From Oikopleura dioica (Eukaryota > Animalia > Chordata), in NCBI GenBank assembly GCA_907165135.1, contig OU015566.1, positions 2,790,001 to 2,854,000 of the forward strand: a stretch of 64,000 nucleotides of DNA, given 5' to 3'. The notes beneath the pieces are model-generated. The model was not told the DNA's origin and did no database searches. It worked only from the letters and a program-made list of their open reading frames with translations. Made by a program: the position numbers and the translations under genes. Numbering within the stretch: position 1 is the first letter of the stretch; each line of letters starts with the position of its first letter. Shown in pieces: positions 47,166 to 60,290 of the stretch.

Positions 47166-48221
47166 ATGAGAATTGCGCCGCTTTTTGCCCCGGCCATTCT
47201 GGCGAATGAAGTTTACGATAACTTTTTGAAGATCAAAAGTGATGGGCAAATGGCAAGAGGAGAGTGGTCTGGGTCTTGTAAGGAGAGGGCCCAGTGGAGG
47301 AATCTTTTCGGGGATGAGGGCAATGGATACTTAGGTATGAAAAAAGGACCTCAGAACCCTGTGTTGAAAACCTGACTAAGGTTTTTTGGGCCAAAATTTT
47401 CTAAATTAACCTCCTTTTCAGATGCTGGTTTCCATGTCTGCCAGACAGACACAGAACTCTACTACGACGCATACCAACCAGACGGCACCAGCGTCTTTAC
47501 AATCCAGAAGATCAACGAGTGGGTATCCCTCTGGCCCGGTCTTGGAAATCATCTGATCTTTGGAAGCGCTGAATTCAAGTGCGGCTGCTTTCTCGGCTGT
47601 GATCGATTTTTCGTCGAAGGAATTGGACTTCATGTTGATTTCTGCTGCTCGGATTATGAAGAAACTTGTGTCAATCGTTAGTTCGACCCGAAAGACGAAA
47701 TTTGAATTATTTCTAGCGCCAAATGTAAGTGATGCTTTGGAGCAAGCAAAAACCGCTGCTGAAGAAGAATTGGAAGCGATGAGAGATGAGGGATTTCAAA
47801 GAATCGATTTGGGGAAAAAGAAACTTCGACGATTCGTGACAAAATTGAAGAGAAACATCAAAAATGGTTTGTTTTCTGATCATAAGTCCTCCTTATTTCA
47901 ATTTCAGATGCTCCCAATTGCAAACTCCGACGCGGTTGCAACGCCGGTGAAACCCCTCTTCTCAACAATTGCCGCAGAAAGTCCAATCCTTCCTTCGGCC
48001 AGTCATGGAATGGTTCGGCTGAGCCCGTTGCTCCTTTCAGACGAAGAAGAGATATCAACATCGTCGAACCTTCCAAGGGCGATCAATTTTCTTCGCACAA
48101 GATCACTGACGATTTGTGGCATGTCGTCGATCATTACTTCAAGGACTGTCTCAATGTGAGAAAACACTTGAACAAAGTTAACAAGTTGACGAATACGCTC
48201 GACAAGATCAAGAAACGATAA
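47166..48221 (+). CDS. Secreted protein with an SMB-like Cys domain, RRRR furin-like site and helical C-terminus
   Basis: MRIAPLFAPAILA; CGCFLGCDRF...CCSDYEETC. Four phase-compatible exons ending ...LDKIKKR*. Confidence 0.75.
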
Positions 48222-48578
48222 ACGATTCAAAAAGAAAAAAGTGTATTTAATAACAAACTGTTTATAAAAAAATCAATCCGCAAAAAGTTTTTGCCAAAAA
48301 CTGAAAGACTCTTTTTAAAAAAATTGCAATCGCTCTTTGATGTTTTCGAGTCGAAAAAAAATTAATAAGCAGGAACATGGATAAAATAAGGGTTTTAATA
48401 TTTCAACTTTGGGAGAAAAGTCTGAAGGAAAATCGCAATTCTTGATATCAGTTGGTAGTCGAGAATAGGGGTTCATTTTGACCAAATTTGAGCGAAAATC
48501 ACCCCCCATCAAGATGAATTTGGTCAAAATTTTCTGTATTTTTGATCATTTCCTGTTCTATAGACAACGATTTATTCA

Positions 48579-49340
48579 TTAGTCATATGGTTTAAGGTTC
48601 GAGAAGCAAGATAAAATAGCAGTGTTGGCATCTCTCATTTTCTGTTTGATTCTTTGGATTTTTGGCGGGCATTTCTCGCAATTTGGCATACAAGGAACAT
48701 ATGATCGTTTGGTCCATAATTCGCTGCTCGAAGTGAACATACCCACAGAACGTGTGCTCGGCAAGTAAACAACTCTTCCATCATTTTTTATCGCTGCCCA
48801 TCGATAGTACGTATGCGGAAACTGACCATTAATAAGTACATTCTCATTTCTTTCTTCAAGGCGACTTTGATAACAAGCACCGGGGTTTCTGAATAGACAA
48901 GATAAATTCACCTTTAGATAAATTCTACTCCTGGTATTTTTACTCACCTCATTTTCAGCCACCAATAGCCCGAATATGTGCCATGTTGTCTAATCCATGT
49001 AAATGAGCATTTCTCTTGATAGTCATTCTTGAGAAGAAATATTTCTTTAAATAATTCATTCGAAAAAAAATAATTACGTTTATGTCTGCTGCTAATGACC
49101 GAACAATATGGTCGAAAGACTGACATGTGCATATTGTTGCGCCATATTTATCTTCGCAAGCCTTTTGTTTTTTTATGAAGTCGGAGAATTGATACTCAAT
49201 GAGCTTTGTCTCATAGTCAATATTACTTTTATCGCAGTTCTTTCCAGCAAAAAGTTTTCTCGATTCTTGTATGACTTGATAAAGAGAATAAAGCGTTTTG
49301 CCTCCAGCTATCGCCCCCGGGGACACTTAAAAAAATAAAA
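48579..49340 (-). CDS. Unknown protein, spliced or partly decayed
   Basis: Adjacent minus-strand ORFs 48955-49326 and 48579-48965 with Cys-containing segments. No recognised family. Confidence 0.35.
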
Positions 49341-50227
49341 AATAATAGAAAAAAAAAATCAAACCGCACTCTCCCGGATGAAGAAAAATGAAGATCAACA
49401 GAGCAGGTCTCATTTTCAGAAACAAGCAATTTTCGATGAAAGCGTTCTATTTATCATGGCCTTTGACGACCAAGCAAATAAATGCTCAATGACCTCTGAT
49501 GTAAAAGATTATAATAAGGCCGAAGTTTCAAAACAAGCTATCAAAGTATCATTGAGAACCTTAATAACCTTTTGCTTTTTAAATTTACGAATGCTTCATT
49601 TCAAAAATTTCTTTGAATGTAATGATGCATCAGTGATATATTGGCAGGGTAAGTGTAACAGATATTAAGTTGCAGGAACACGTGATTCCAGGCTGCTGTC
49701 GCTGCAGTCTTCGATATTGACAATTGTTAGTCGGTTTCTTTTGAGCTGGAGGCTGGTATCTTTTGTAGCTGTTTCGCGAATTGTAGTTATGCTGATTATT
49801 TGTTAATATTTCCAGGAATAAGACGGCGTTTTCTGATATTGTTTTGGCTAAGAAACTGTTGGTTTCTTTGGAATGCCGAAGTTTTGCTTGTAAGTTGGTC
49901 TTTTGAACGGCTCTTGAGTGCCATATCTTCGTTTTGGCGGAAATCTCTTGTTGAATTCAATTATTCTTTGGCGCGCTCAGTCCTTGTAAGCTTGGTCATA
50001 TTTTGGGCTTCTATGGGATTGATGATTTAAATTGACGAGTTTTTGAGGGTCAAGATCAAATCCCTTTCCTTTTTACTTTGATTGCTCCAGTTTTAGAGAC
50101 GGTTGAAGAAGAAGTTAAGATTATCTTGTGCGCGACAGTATTTCGTACAATTAATTCATGCTTGAATTTTCAGATAAGCAGACAGGAGATAGAGGAAAAA
50201 ACTTACTCTTCGTAATTTTTTAGAGTC

Positions 50228-50530
50228 CTATTTGTTGGATTCCAGCGGCGAAGATATTGATAAGCGATTGGAGTGAAAACTGCAGCATAACCCGTATAAC
50301 GGTATAAGCGTCGATAAAGGTAGCTTCTTCGTTCTGAGCAAAAGATGCGACGCGAAAGACTTTTTGAACTCCTTAGAAATTTTTTGATAAAAAAGGGAGA
50401 AAATGCACTTACCGATTATGAAACAGTACCAGGGTCCGCCAGAGTCGCCTTTTCCTGCTATTGCTTTGCCAGAATTACCCATCAAAAATACATTTTCCTT
50501 GTCGCCGTTCATGAATCGAACTGATTTGAG
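50228..50530 (-). pseudogene. Trypsin-like serine protease fragment
   Basis: AGKGDSGGPWYC followed by a GTAAG donor. No His/Asp motifs seen nearby. Confidence 0.45.
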
Positions 50531-51140
50531 CTGTCTCAATGTGAGAAAACACTTGAACAAAGTAAACAAGTTGACGAATACGCTGGACAAGATCAAGAAA
50601 CGATAAATGATTCAAAAAGAAAAAAGTTTATTAAATTTCAAACTGTTTATAATAAAATTAATCAGCAAAAACCAGAGTTGCAAATTTGCTGAGCTGAGTG
50701 AGCTGAGCTGGCTGAGTGAGCTGAGCAGTCGATAAGCTCAGCTCAGTTCAGTGATTTTGGAAAATGATCTGATCTGCTCAGGTCAGACAATTTTCACTCA
50801 GCTCAGCTCAGCTCAATAATTTGAATACAATTTTACTACCAAAAACAGTAAAAATCAGCTCAGCTCAGCTCTAAATTAGAGTCTAATTAGGGTCTGCACA
50901 GCTCAGCTCAGCTTAACTCTCTTCAACAAAAGGTCTGCTCAGCTCAGCTCCGCTCAATGACCTTTGAAAAAGGCCAGCTCAGCTCAGCTCAGTAATCTCC
51001 GAAATAGGCCAGCTCAGCTAAGAGAAATATTTATTCAGGTCAGCTCAGAAAAATTAATCAAAATTTGCAACTCTGGCAAAAACTGAAAGACTCTTTTTTG
51101 CAATCGCTTTTTGACGTTTTCGAGTCGGAAAAATATAATT
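50531..51140 (+). repeat. Diverged duplicate of 48146-48365, interrupted by a MITE
   Basis: ctgtctcaatgtgagaaaacacttgaacaaag... Similarity resumes after 51083. Confidence 0.85.
50673..51075. mobile_element. hAT-type MITE (403 bp) with GCTCA/TGAGC repeats
   Basis: TIR cagagttgcaaattt / aaatttgcaactctg. 8-bp TSD gcaaaaac at 50665-50672 and 51076-51083. Confidence 0.9.
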
Positions 51141-51267
51141 CACCAAAAACGCTCTTTCAGAATAAACATAAGCGGAGGTCAGCAAATACTAATTTTCCCT
51201 TTTGGAAGGTCAGAATTTGCCCGCCGTATGCATTTCAAAAGAGAGGGGCGGTAAAAAAAGAATTATT

Positions 51268-52131
51268 ATGCGAAATTTTGATCTAGGTGTTCCAATTGAT
51301 TTGCTAAATTTACAGTTCTCAGAGAGTACTGATCAAAATACATGTTTCTACTGCAGGTTGGGAATTTTTGTTAAATTTTTCCTAATTTTTTTTTTCAGAA
51401 AAGTGACGGCTTCTCTTTTCTTTCATTACCTCAAAGACCAACCTGAAGAGGATGAAAATATCTGTCCTCAGCGAATTTGTGAAAACTGCTTCAACGAAAA
51501 CGAGAATAAAGAATGCACAAATGACGACTGCAAAGTCACCTTTGACGAGAATCTTCAACAGCATCGAGAAAGCGAACACCATCACGGCCTGATCTTTCAA
51601 TGCCCATTAGAAGAACCCTGCAGTCAACTCTTGACCTTCGAATTCTTTTCGCAGCATAATCATGATGGCTTTTCCAGAACTCAGAAGGAAGCTTTCAAAA
51701 GAAGAAGCATCAACAATCGGATTGCAAAAAGCAAAACGAGCATCAATGTAAAGAGGGGAAAAATGGTCGAAATTGAGAGCTCGATTCTAGAAGGGATCCG
51801 ACAACTAAAATGCTTGACAAATGAAGTCAACGAAGAACAAGCCGAATTGGCGTCAATAGATCCTAATTTCGAGCCAGGTACGAGTCTCCACTGCCAATTA
51901 TTTCCTCAAAGAGTCATTTCAGAGCTCCATACGATGCCGACTTTTGATGAAAAAGCGCTTCAAGCGTTTCTTGGCGAGGAAATTTTCTGCAGCTTTTGCG
52001 GCGGAGCAGGAGTCTGGGAAAATCAACACGACGCATTTTCATGTGGACACAAAGTTTGCAAAAACTGCCTGACCAAGTTTCTTGAAGAAAATTGTTCAAC
52101 CTGCAAAAACCCATATCTGACATATAATTGA
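51268..52131 (+). CDS. Zinc-finger protein: degenerate N-terminal RING-like region, TRAF/SIAH-like finger, C-terminal C3HC4 RING
   Basis: CSFC..CGHKVCKNC..CSTC; H...CPLEEPC...H. Likely in-frame 42-nt intron 51357-51398. Confidence 0.7.
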   Translation: MRNFDLGVPIDLLNLQFSESTDQNTCFYCRLGIFVKFFLIFFFRKVTASLFFHYLKDQPEEDENICPQRICENCFNENENKECTNDDCKVTFDENLQQHRESEHHHGLIFQCPLEEPCSQLLTFEFFSQHNHDGFSRTQKEAFKRRSINNRIAKSKTSINVKRGKMVEIESSILEGIRQLKCLTNEVNEEQAELASIDPNFEPGTSLHCQLFPQRVISELHTMPTFDEKALQAFLGEEIFCSFCGGAGVWENQHDAFSCGHKVCKNCLTKFLEENCSTCKNPYLTYN

Positions 52132-52986
52132 ATACAAAAATTATTTATTTCAAGACTTCAAGATATCAAATCGAGTGGAGAGAAAGTCGTTTTGGGTTCA
52201 AAAAGGATTGATGCTTTGCTTTTGATTCCAAAGTCAAGGTTTTTGAATCGATCGTTGTCTTCTGATCTCTCCGAAGACTTCCTTTTCTCGAGACGAAAGC
52301 GCTAGAAATATCAGTTAGAGACGGAAAACATTCAATTAAAGAAGACTTCATATTGTATCGCTTGGCAAAAAAGACATCCTCTTTTTCTTCTTGCTTTGCG
52401 TAGCTGTCGCTTCTATCTCGCAAACTAAAAAAACTGTTTTTCTACTCAAAACGGTTTTTTTCTTACAGGCAGTATGAGAACAAATCGACGACAACCATGA
52501 CCGCAATTCCAAAAAGATACAGTCCCACGACGATTTTTCCAATTATCATTCGCCTAAAAATCGTTTATCCTAACTTTGCTCTTGAAAAACTCACAAAGGT
52601 AAGCCATTTGTGTGAATTTCTGCAGCTTCTCTGTCTGTAATAATCGCGTCGATGTCATGAGAACTTAATTTTAAAATGAAAAATGAAAGTTCAAGGGAGT
52701 GTTCAATTTTGATCTTACGAGTCCATCTTATTTCTTTTCCAGTTGTGAAGCGAGAGACACGTAGAAAACACGCGTTCTGCGGATTTATAAAGAACAAGAA
52801 TGGTGATTTATTCATCCCGTGCTTCTGAATATCTCCTCTGCTTAGCAAGAAAATTCGCGCGCTTCGTTAAAAATTTATTGATGCAGTAAGTACTTGCTAT
52901 TTTCGAGGACTTGTGCTGAAAATAATTTCTAGAATTCAGGAACTCTAATATTGATGAAAATATACTAACCGCAGATCACGCTATTG

Positions 52987-54158
52987 ATGTATCCTAATAA
53001 CGTACCACCACAGGGTCAGCAGCAGCCTTATCCTGCAGCACCCTTCGCTGGTGCGCCCGGCTACGCAGCTCCACCACCAGCGCCCGCTCCAGCACCAAGT
53101 CCTCAACCAGTTATCCTGAATATTCAACAAAATGCTGCTCCCACTCCTCCTACTTTGGCAGCTCCTGTACCGATTCGATCAGCCCAACCATCACGTGAGT
53201 TGAAACATAAGGCCCTTATGATAATTTATAGCTTTAAGCTAAAAATACCAGCAAAGATATTTTTTTGAAAATTTTGATTATCGACACAAAAAAATTATGA
53301 AATAAATTCAGCAACTCCATCCTACAAGCCGCCACCTTCACCAGTTATAATGCCACAAGAGGAATCGAGCAATTCATGTGGCAAGTTTTGTCTCGGCATT
53401 ATTTGCTGTCCTGTGATCTTTTTTGGAATTCTAGTCATCATTGCTCTTATTTCTAGAGCTTCTAGTAGCGGGTATGTTCCTTACATTTATCTCATTTTTC
53501 TTCATATTTGTAGCTTTGATGGTCCGGTTTCTACTGGACCTAACTGCGGCGAAAACGTTTACACTACGACTAGCTTACCATACAATCAGTCACCAACTCC
53601 AAGCTCTTCTTTCTGCCAACAAGGTTCAATCAACTCCAATACTGTAGAATTTTGCGAGGGCAGTAACCATTATGAATATTCTGTTTCGACTTCTGGAACC
53701 ATACAGTAAGTCAGACATACATTTTTTTCATGAATTTATTTTATTAATTTTATAGAAAATTATTAAATAGATTCTTAGATCGCCAAATTACCCAAACGGA
53801 TACTACCCATGGCATACTTGCACGAGCAGATTCACGACTTCTTCCGATGGAATCACTTTCAATTTTAACAATTTTACCATGCAAAGCTATGAATCCCTGA
53901 CCTTCAGCAACAGCACGAATGAAGATTATGCTTTTTCCGGATCATATTCTTCAGTAGGTCAAATTTCAAATACTTCTTTGTCATTTCAAATAGGGAACGC
54001 GATTTTCATTTTCTTCATCGTCCGTGACTGTTTTCTTTGTCAGCGAATCTGGCTATGATTATAATGGCTTTCAAATCGATGTTATCAACGGGTACGAATC
54101 ATACAACGACGTTGGCTACGTCTACGCCAACGTGAGTCCTTTCAAAAAAGACACATAA
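52987..54158 (+). CDS. Type II membrane protein: Pro-rich N-terminus, Cys-rich TM segment, extracellular CUB domain; end tentative
   Basis: PPQGQQQPYPAAP; FCLGIICCPVIFFGILVIIALI; TIQSPNYPNGY..C...VFFVSESGYDYNGF after splicing. Confidence 0.7.
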
Positions 54159-54286
54159 AGAAAACATTTCTTGATTGACAATTTTTCCCTGCTCATTATT
54201 TTGATTTTTGTGAATAAAAAAATAAGCTCTCAAAACGCTTTCCTTGAATTCATGAATATGATTTTATTGAAACAGAAATTGAATAA

Positions 54287-57200
54287 TTACTTTTTAACCC
54301 GCTTCGATCGTCTTCTGGGTTGATTTTCTGCAAGTCGTTTTTCGCTTTTGAGCTTTTCTAGAGCTCCGTAGCCGCCGCCTCCGGGAGTTTGAAGCTCAAT
54401 CGTGTCGTTTGTCTCCAAAGATAGTTGACAACGGGGAGCAAGGCGCATGATCGTATTCGTCGAGGCTTTGTGGATAAGATTGTTGCCTTTGGAGCCAGGA
54501 AGGCCGCCGTTGAGGCCATACGGGGTATTCACTCGGCGCTCTGTGAGAAGCGATGCGTCCATAGGTTTTCTAGAGGTTGTTGACGGCGGCGTTCGAGAAG
54601 GAGATTTACCTGAATCGGACTTTTCGAATGACGCCATCGCCTCCTTTGAATTTTCCAGCGCCACCAGATTCGGTTCGGATAGAAAACTCTTCAAGAATAA
54701 CCGCTAAAAATAATATTAAATAACTTTAATTCCAATATTTGTTCGTTCATATTTATAAAAAAATTAATTCGTTTTTTAAGTTCAAGAAAACTGCTCATTT
54801 TCATTGCGAAAATCAGTATTCTGGTTTTTTATGAAGAAAACCTCAACTTACCGTATCGATTCTCCATGATCTCCGGATCCGTTATCCTCGTGTTGGTCAT
54901 ATGAGTATGGACCGCTGAAGTGCCAGTCCAGCCCGGACCGGCGCCTGCTCCGCCACAAATTGTCTCATAATAACCAACATTTCCATCTCCAAAGCAAAAG
55001 TTGTTCATACATCCGCTGCTGGCCGCCGCTGCTTTGAACGCTTTGAGGACAACGTCTACGACTCTTTGGCTTGTGAGGACGTTTCCGCCAACAACAGCAG
55101 AAGTTTCCGAGGGAGAAAGAATTGTGCCTTTTTTGAGCTTGATTTGAACTGGGTTCAGGCAGCCTTGGTTGAGAGGAACGTCGTAGCCGATGAGGCAACG
55201 GAGGCAGTAGATGACGGCAGAATAGGTGACGGCGCGGGGGGCATTAAGGTTTCCGTAGACTTCCGGGTCGGAATCGGTGAAATCGAAGATCGAGTCGCCT
55301 GAATCGGGATCAACGGAAATTTTCAAGGAAATTCTGAACGAGGGCGTTTCTATTATTAATCTTAAGAATGGTTTTCTTACCTTGTTCCATCATCCATAAA
55401 ATCCTCTGCCTCAAAAACCTTCGCTCCTATCCTCTCCACACTTTTCCTCAGCAAATCTCTTACAGAATCTTCCGCCGCTGCTTGAATCCAATTCATGTAC
55501 TTCAACACTCTCGGAAAAGAGTATTCTTCGATGAGCTCCTTGACGAGTTGACTGCCACGGACATTGGCGGCAATTTGAGCGTGAAGGTCGGCAAGATTGT
55601 CGGATAGATTTCGTGTTCCAGTACAGCCTGGGTGTTTTGCTGGCTCGTTGAGATGGGCGATCAGGGCTGACTCTTGGAAGTTGCCGGCCGAGACGATTTT
55701 GAAGGACCTTAAAAGATAGCTCTCAATTTTAAGAAACATATTTTTACATTTGTACATATTACATTTGTAATTTCCATTTTTTTGATTTTTTTATGCCGAG
55801 GTTTTAATTTCCAAAAATTTCAGTGCGATTATCTTTTTGCCAGATTTATGGTTCTAACGAAAAAATTTTAGAAAGATTAACTGCAAATACCTAAAAATCG
55901 CGCCTTCTTCATTAATACTCGTTGACATTGGCGGCATAGAACCTGGCGTCAAGCCACCAATATCAGCATGGTGACCTCTGTTGGCAATGAAAAAGCTTGG
56001 CTTGTGATCCGAATCGATGAAAACTGGAGTGATAACCGTCAAATCTGGCAAATGACTTCCTCCTGCTTCGGGGTGATTTGAAAGAATGACATCTCCGGGG
56101 ACGAGAGATTTTTGAACAGAAAATTGAAATTGAACTGCTTGTTGCATCGCTCCCAAGTGAACAGGAATGTGAGGAGCATTCGACACCAAGCCTCCGTCTG
56201 GGCCAAAAAGAGCGCAAGAAAAGTCAAGACGCTCTTTTATATTCGTAGAAATCGCAGTTCTCTGGAGCACTCGACCCATTTGCTCGGCGATTGACATGAA
56301 TCGGTGACCAAAGATCGAGAGGAGAACCGGATCGGCGACTTTTTCTTCGATGATTTTGCTGTTGACTTCAGTTTCCGAAAAATGCATGAAGATGTCGCCA
56401 AAAGCGTCAATTTTCACCGTCCAAGATGGCTCGATGATCGCGGTCGAGGTTCCACAAAGGATGATAGCAGGGCCAGGGACGGAGGAACCAGCTGGGAGTT
56501 CTTGAAGATCGTAGATTTTTACCTTCTTCAAATGACCATCAAGAAACAGTTCCGCTTTGCCTATGAAATCCGCCGTTCCAGAACTTCTCTTTCTCGATTC
56601 TGAAAAAGCGCCGGTTCTTGCTTCAGCTCGGACTCGCAAATCATCAATGAAAATTTCCCGATCTTTCAAATGAAAACCAAATTCTTTCGTGTACTTTTCT
56701 GTGAAAGTCTTTGTCCAATCATCACTTGATCTTGTTCCAGAAAGGTCTTTTTCGGAAATCATGAGGGGGAAGTCAGTTCCACGGTATCTCAATCGCAAGA
56801 ACTTTTCGATAACGATTTGGTCTTCCTTGAATTCCTTCAGCTTCAATTTTTCCTTGCAGGATTCAGCGAGTTTTTCAAGATTCGAATTGATCGATTTCAG
56901 CGTTGCTTCGTCCATGATTCTAGATCCGGCTGGCTCTTGCTTTTCTACGACAATCGGGGATGTTGAAATGCCGAAAGCAGAGAGAATTCCGGCGTATTTA
57001 TGCAATGAAATCGTCTTTATCTTCAACGACTTTGCGATGGCGCAGGCATGCTGTCCTCCCGCGCCGCCGAAGCAAGAAAGAACATGGGTGCGACAATCAA
57101 AGCCTCTCGCCTGAGTCAAATTTCGGATCGGGCGGCACATTGCTTCATTTGCCACTCGGATGAATCCTTCTGCAATTTCGAACACATTCTTGTTTGTTCC

Positions 57201-58806
57201 TTCTGCTTGGTTGACTCTGTCTGCAAGTTCTTGAAGGACTTTCAGCGAGGCTTCTTTATCCAATGGCTGGTCTTCCGTCGGGCCAAAAATCTTCGGGAAA
57301 AAGTCTGGCTGGATCCGTCCAAGAACAAGATTAGCATCTGTAACTGTCGCTGGTCCCCCACGTCTATAACACGCAGGCCCGGGAAAAGCGGAGGCAGATT
57401 CGGGGCCAACTTGGAGCAGTCCGCCTCGGAAGGTCAGAATACTCCCTCCACCAGCAGCGACAGTTTGAATATCGAGCTGAGGAACTTGCAACTGCACTTG
57501 TGCTGCCTTCCCTTCGTAGACGATTTCTGCCTGTCCATCCCACCTAGAAACGTCTGTTGATGTTCCACCCATGTCAAATCCAATACAAGGCGCTTTCTCT
57601 TCCAATCTTTCATACGTCGCCGCGGCGTATCCTCTCACGCCACCTGCTGGACCCGATAAGACCGCTCTCGAACCGAAGAATGATTCTACTGGAGTAAGGC
57701 CGCCATCTGATCTCATGAACAAAATCTTCTTGTTGAGGCTGTCAGAATCAGCAAAACCAGATCGGAAGTTTCGAACATAAGTATTGATTGTCGGCGTCAA
57801 ATAAGCATCAACAACTGTTGTTTGTCCCCTTGGAACCATTTTCACCATCGGCATGACTTTGTGAGACACGGCAATGTGCTCGAAACCTAGGTCGGTCGCG
57901 ACTTTTTCAATTAAGAGCTCATGATCGTGAAAAGCATAACCGTGGCAGAGGACGACAGCGAGGGATTTGATGTTCTTGTCGAGGAGGGATTTGAGTTTTT
58001 GGCGAACATCTGCTTCGGAGATTTTTAAAGTAACGATGTATTTTTCGCCGGTCGATGCTTTTAATTGGCTCTATCAGAAAATTCTTGAGAATTTTTTGAA
58101 ATATTTGTTTAAAAATCAATGAATTGAAGAAGAAAGCCATGCCTGTAATTTCTTGAGTTCTATCTTTGACCATCTTGCAGTCTTCTCTAACTGGAATCAC
58201 CCTCTCTTCAATCTCCACAACTTCATCATAAAGCGGTTTTGCCCTAGCAGCCTTGATGTCAAAAATATCCGGTCGATCTTGAGTGCCAATGTCGACCACA
58301 TCTTTGAATCCCTTCGTAATGACGAGTCCGGTAGGAGTTCCTTTTCGCTCAAGAAGAGCATTCGTGGCGACGGTGGTACCCATTCTGATCGAGCCGATTT
58401 GAGAGTGGTCGATGGGTTGACCTTTTGGAGAGTTGAGAACTCGGCGGATTGCTTCGCGGGGGGCATCTGGGTATTCAGGGTTCACGGACAAAAGCTGAAA
58501 TTTTTGATAAAAAATTTTTTTATAAGAAAGATTTTAATTATATTTTTAGCTTGATTATCATTAAAAATCAATAAAAACGAATCTTTCGCTTTTGAAAGAA
58601 CTCTCAAAAAGGATTTGACCTCTGTTCGAGAGTGCACGACCTTGGCCTGGTATCTTTGTTCCAAGAGTGGCCACGCCCTGTTTTGATCAAACAAAGAAAG
58701 TCACGAGTTTGCGCCGACGTACCTTGAGCACTTTGAGCTCTCCTGTTGGCAATTTGACAATCACATCTGTAAAAGTTCCACCTCTATCGATCGCGAAATG
58801 ATACAT
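54287..58806 (-). CDS. OPLAH: 5-oxoprolinase (ATP-hydrolysing), multi-exon
   Basis: [86 protein letters not shown]. Confidence 0.97.
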
Positions 58807-60290
58807 TATAACCTCTTCTGTTGACTATTCTCTGCTCTTCGCTGTCAAGTTTACAAAAACAATGATATGGTATCCTGTTCAAGAAATTGAAAAAATAACT
58901 CCTGCGTTATTGTTTTGTGCCGTATTTGGTGAATGAAGAAGGCGAGCTAGTCTTGTGACCAGTTTGAGCTGGATCACACGCGGGGACATGGCCCTCAAGG
59001 CATATTTAATTTGGCTGGGCGCTGCCAAGTTTAGGAGGTTCGCCCCCTTTTTGACCTCTTTTCATTAAAATACGAAGAAAATTCTCGAAGATTTTCATTG
59101 AAAACCACAATAATACCGTTCATTTTATCATTCCCGCGGCAATTTTTCGGAATAAAAGCTGTTCTTAGGATATCCTTTAATTGACGGGAAGATGACTTGA
59201 AGATGAAACTTTTTGAAACGGAAAAGATAGGTTTGTTGTGCTCAAAAACAACCAATTTTAATAATTTAGTGCATGTTTTTCCCCTTGCAAACGGTTTTTT
59301 CCTCCGTTCTAGCGCGAAACCAACTCACTTGAGATAGATCTACTTTGGATAGTATTGCATAAATTTGAACACTTCGCGAAAGTAAGAAGAAAAATCCGCA
59401 TGAGCTTGGCGGTAATCAATGTTGATCGCTATTTGGATAGCTATTTATTTTTTTGCGCACCGCTGTAAGACGATTACTTTTCTTACTGTAGTTAAGTTCG
59501 CGGTGATTATTTTCAAGCACAGCAATATACAATTGTCAATTGACGATTGTCGAAAGACAAGTTCGTCTTTCGGAATTATTTTTGGACTAAATCATGTTTT
59601 TTGATCAAAAAAGCGACTTTTTTCTAGTCAAAAATGAATGAAAAGACCAATTTTTTCCCAGAAAATATTTTTTTTTGTTTATTTTTTTAAATTGACAGAC
59701 AAAATTGGTCTTTTTTATGACGAAAAAACGTCTTTTTTGACTCATTTTACCCCCATCCCTTTTTCATTATTCAACATCATCTGATAAATATTTGAAACAA
59801 CAACTACATCAGGAACAGGTATCGTTGCATATCTCTAAATCAATGGATGTAAGTTGCGGCGCTAGATGGCGGTTTAATGTCGGACGCTTTGAACTCGCGG
59901 ACGAAAATTACTTTTTGGTGTCTTTTACTTTTTTAATCATATTTCGTTTTTGGGAGAGCTAAAAATAATGAGCATAAGAGAACATTCATCAGAAGTCAGA
60001 GAATGAACGAAAGTATAAGAGGGACAAGTCTTTACGGCGAAAATATTGAAGAGCTTTTGAGGTACTTTTAGGAAGGCGGTTCGCATGGACCAAAAAATGA
60101 TTTTATTTTCGGAAAAAATTTGCTTAAGATTAAAATCTTTAGGCCAATCAAATTCTTATATTCGGCGGACTGACCAGTAAGATTTCGGTTATCATACAGG
60201 TTTAAATTAACTTGCGCTGTATCACCTTTTTACAAAAAAAATTTGGTTGATTTTTAAAGTCGAAACGGATCTAATGGTCTTTTCTTTTCA

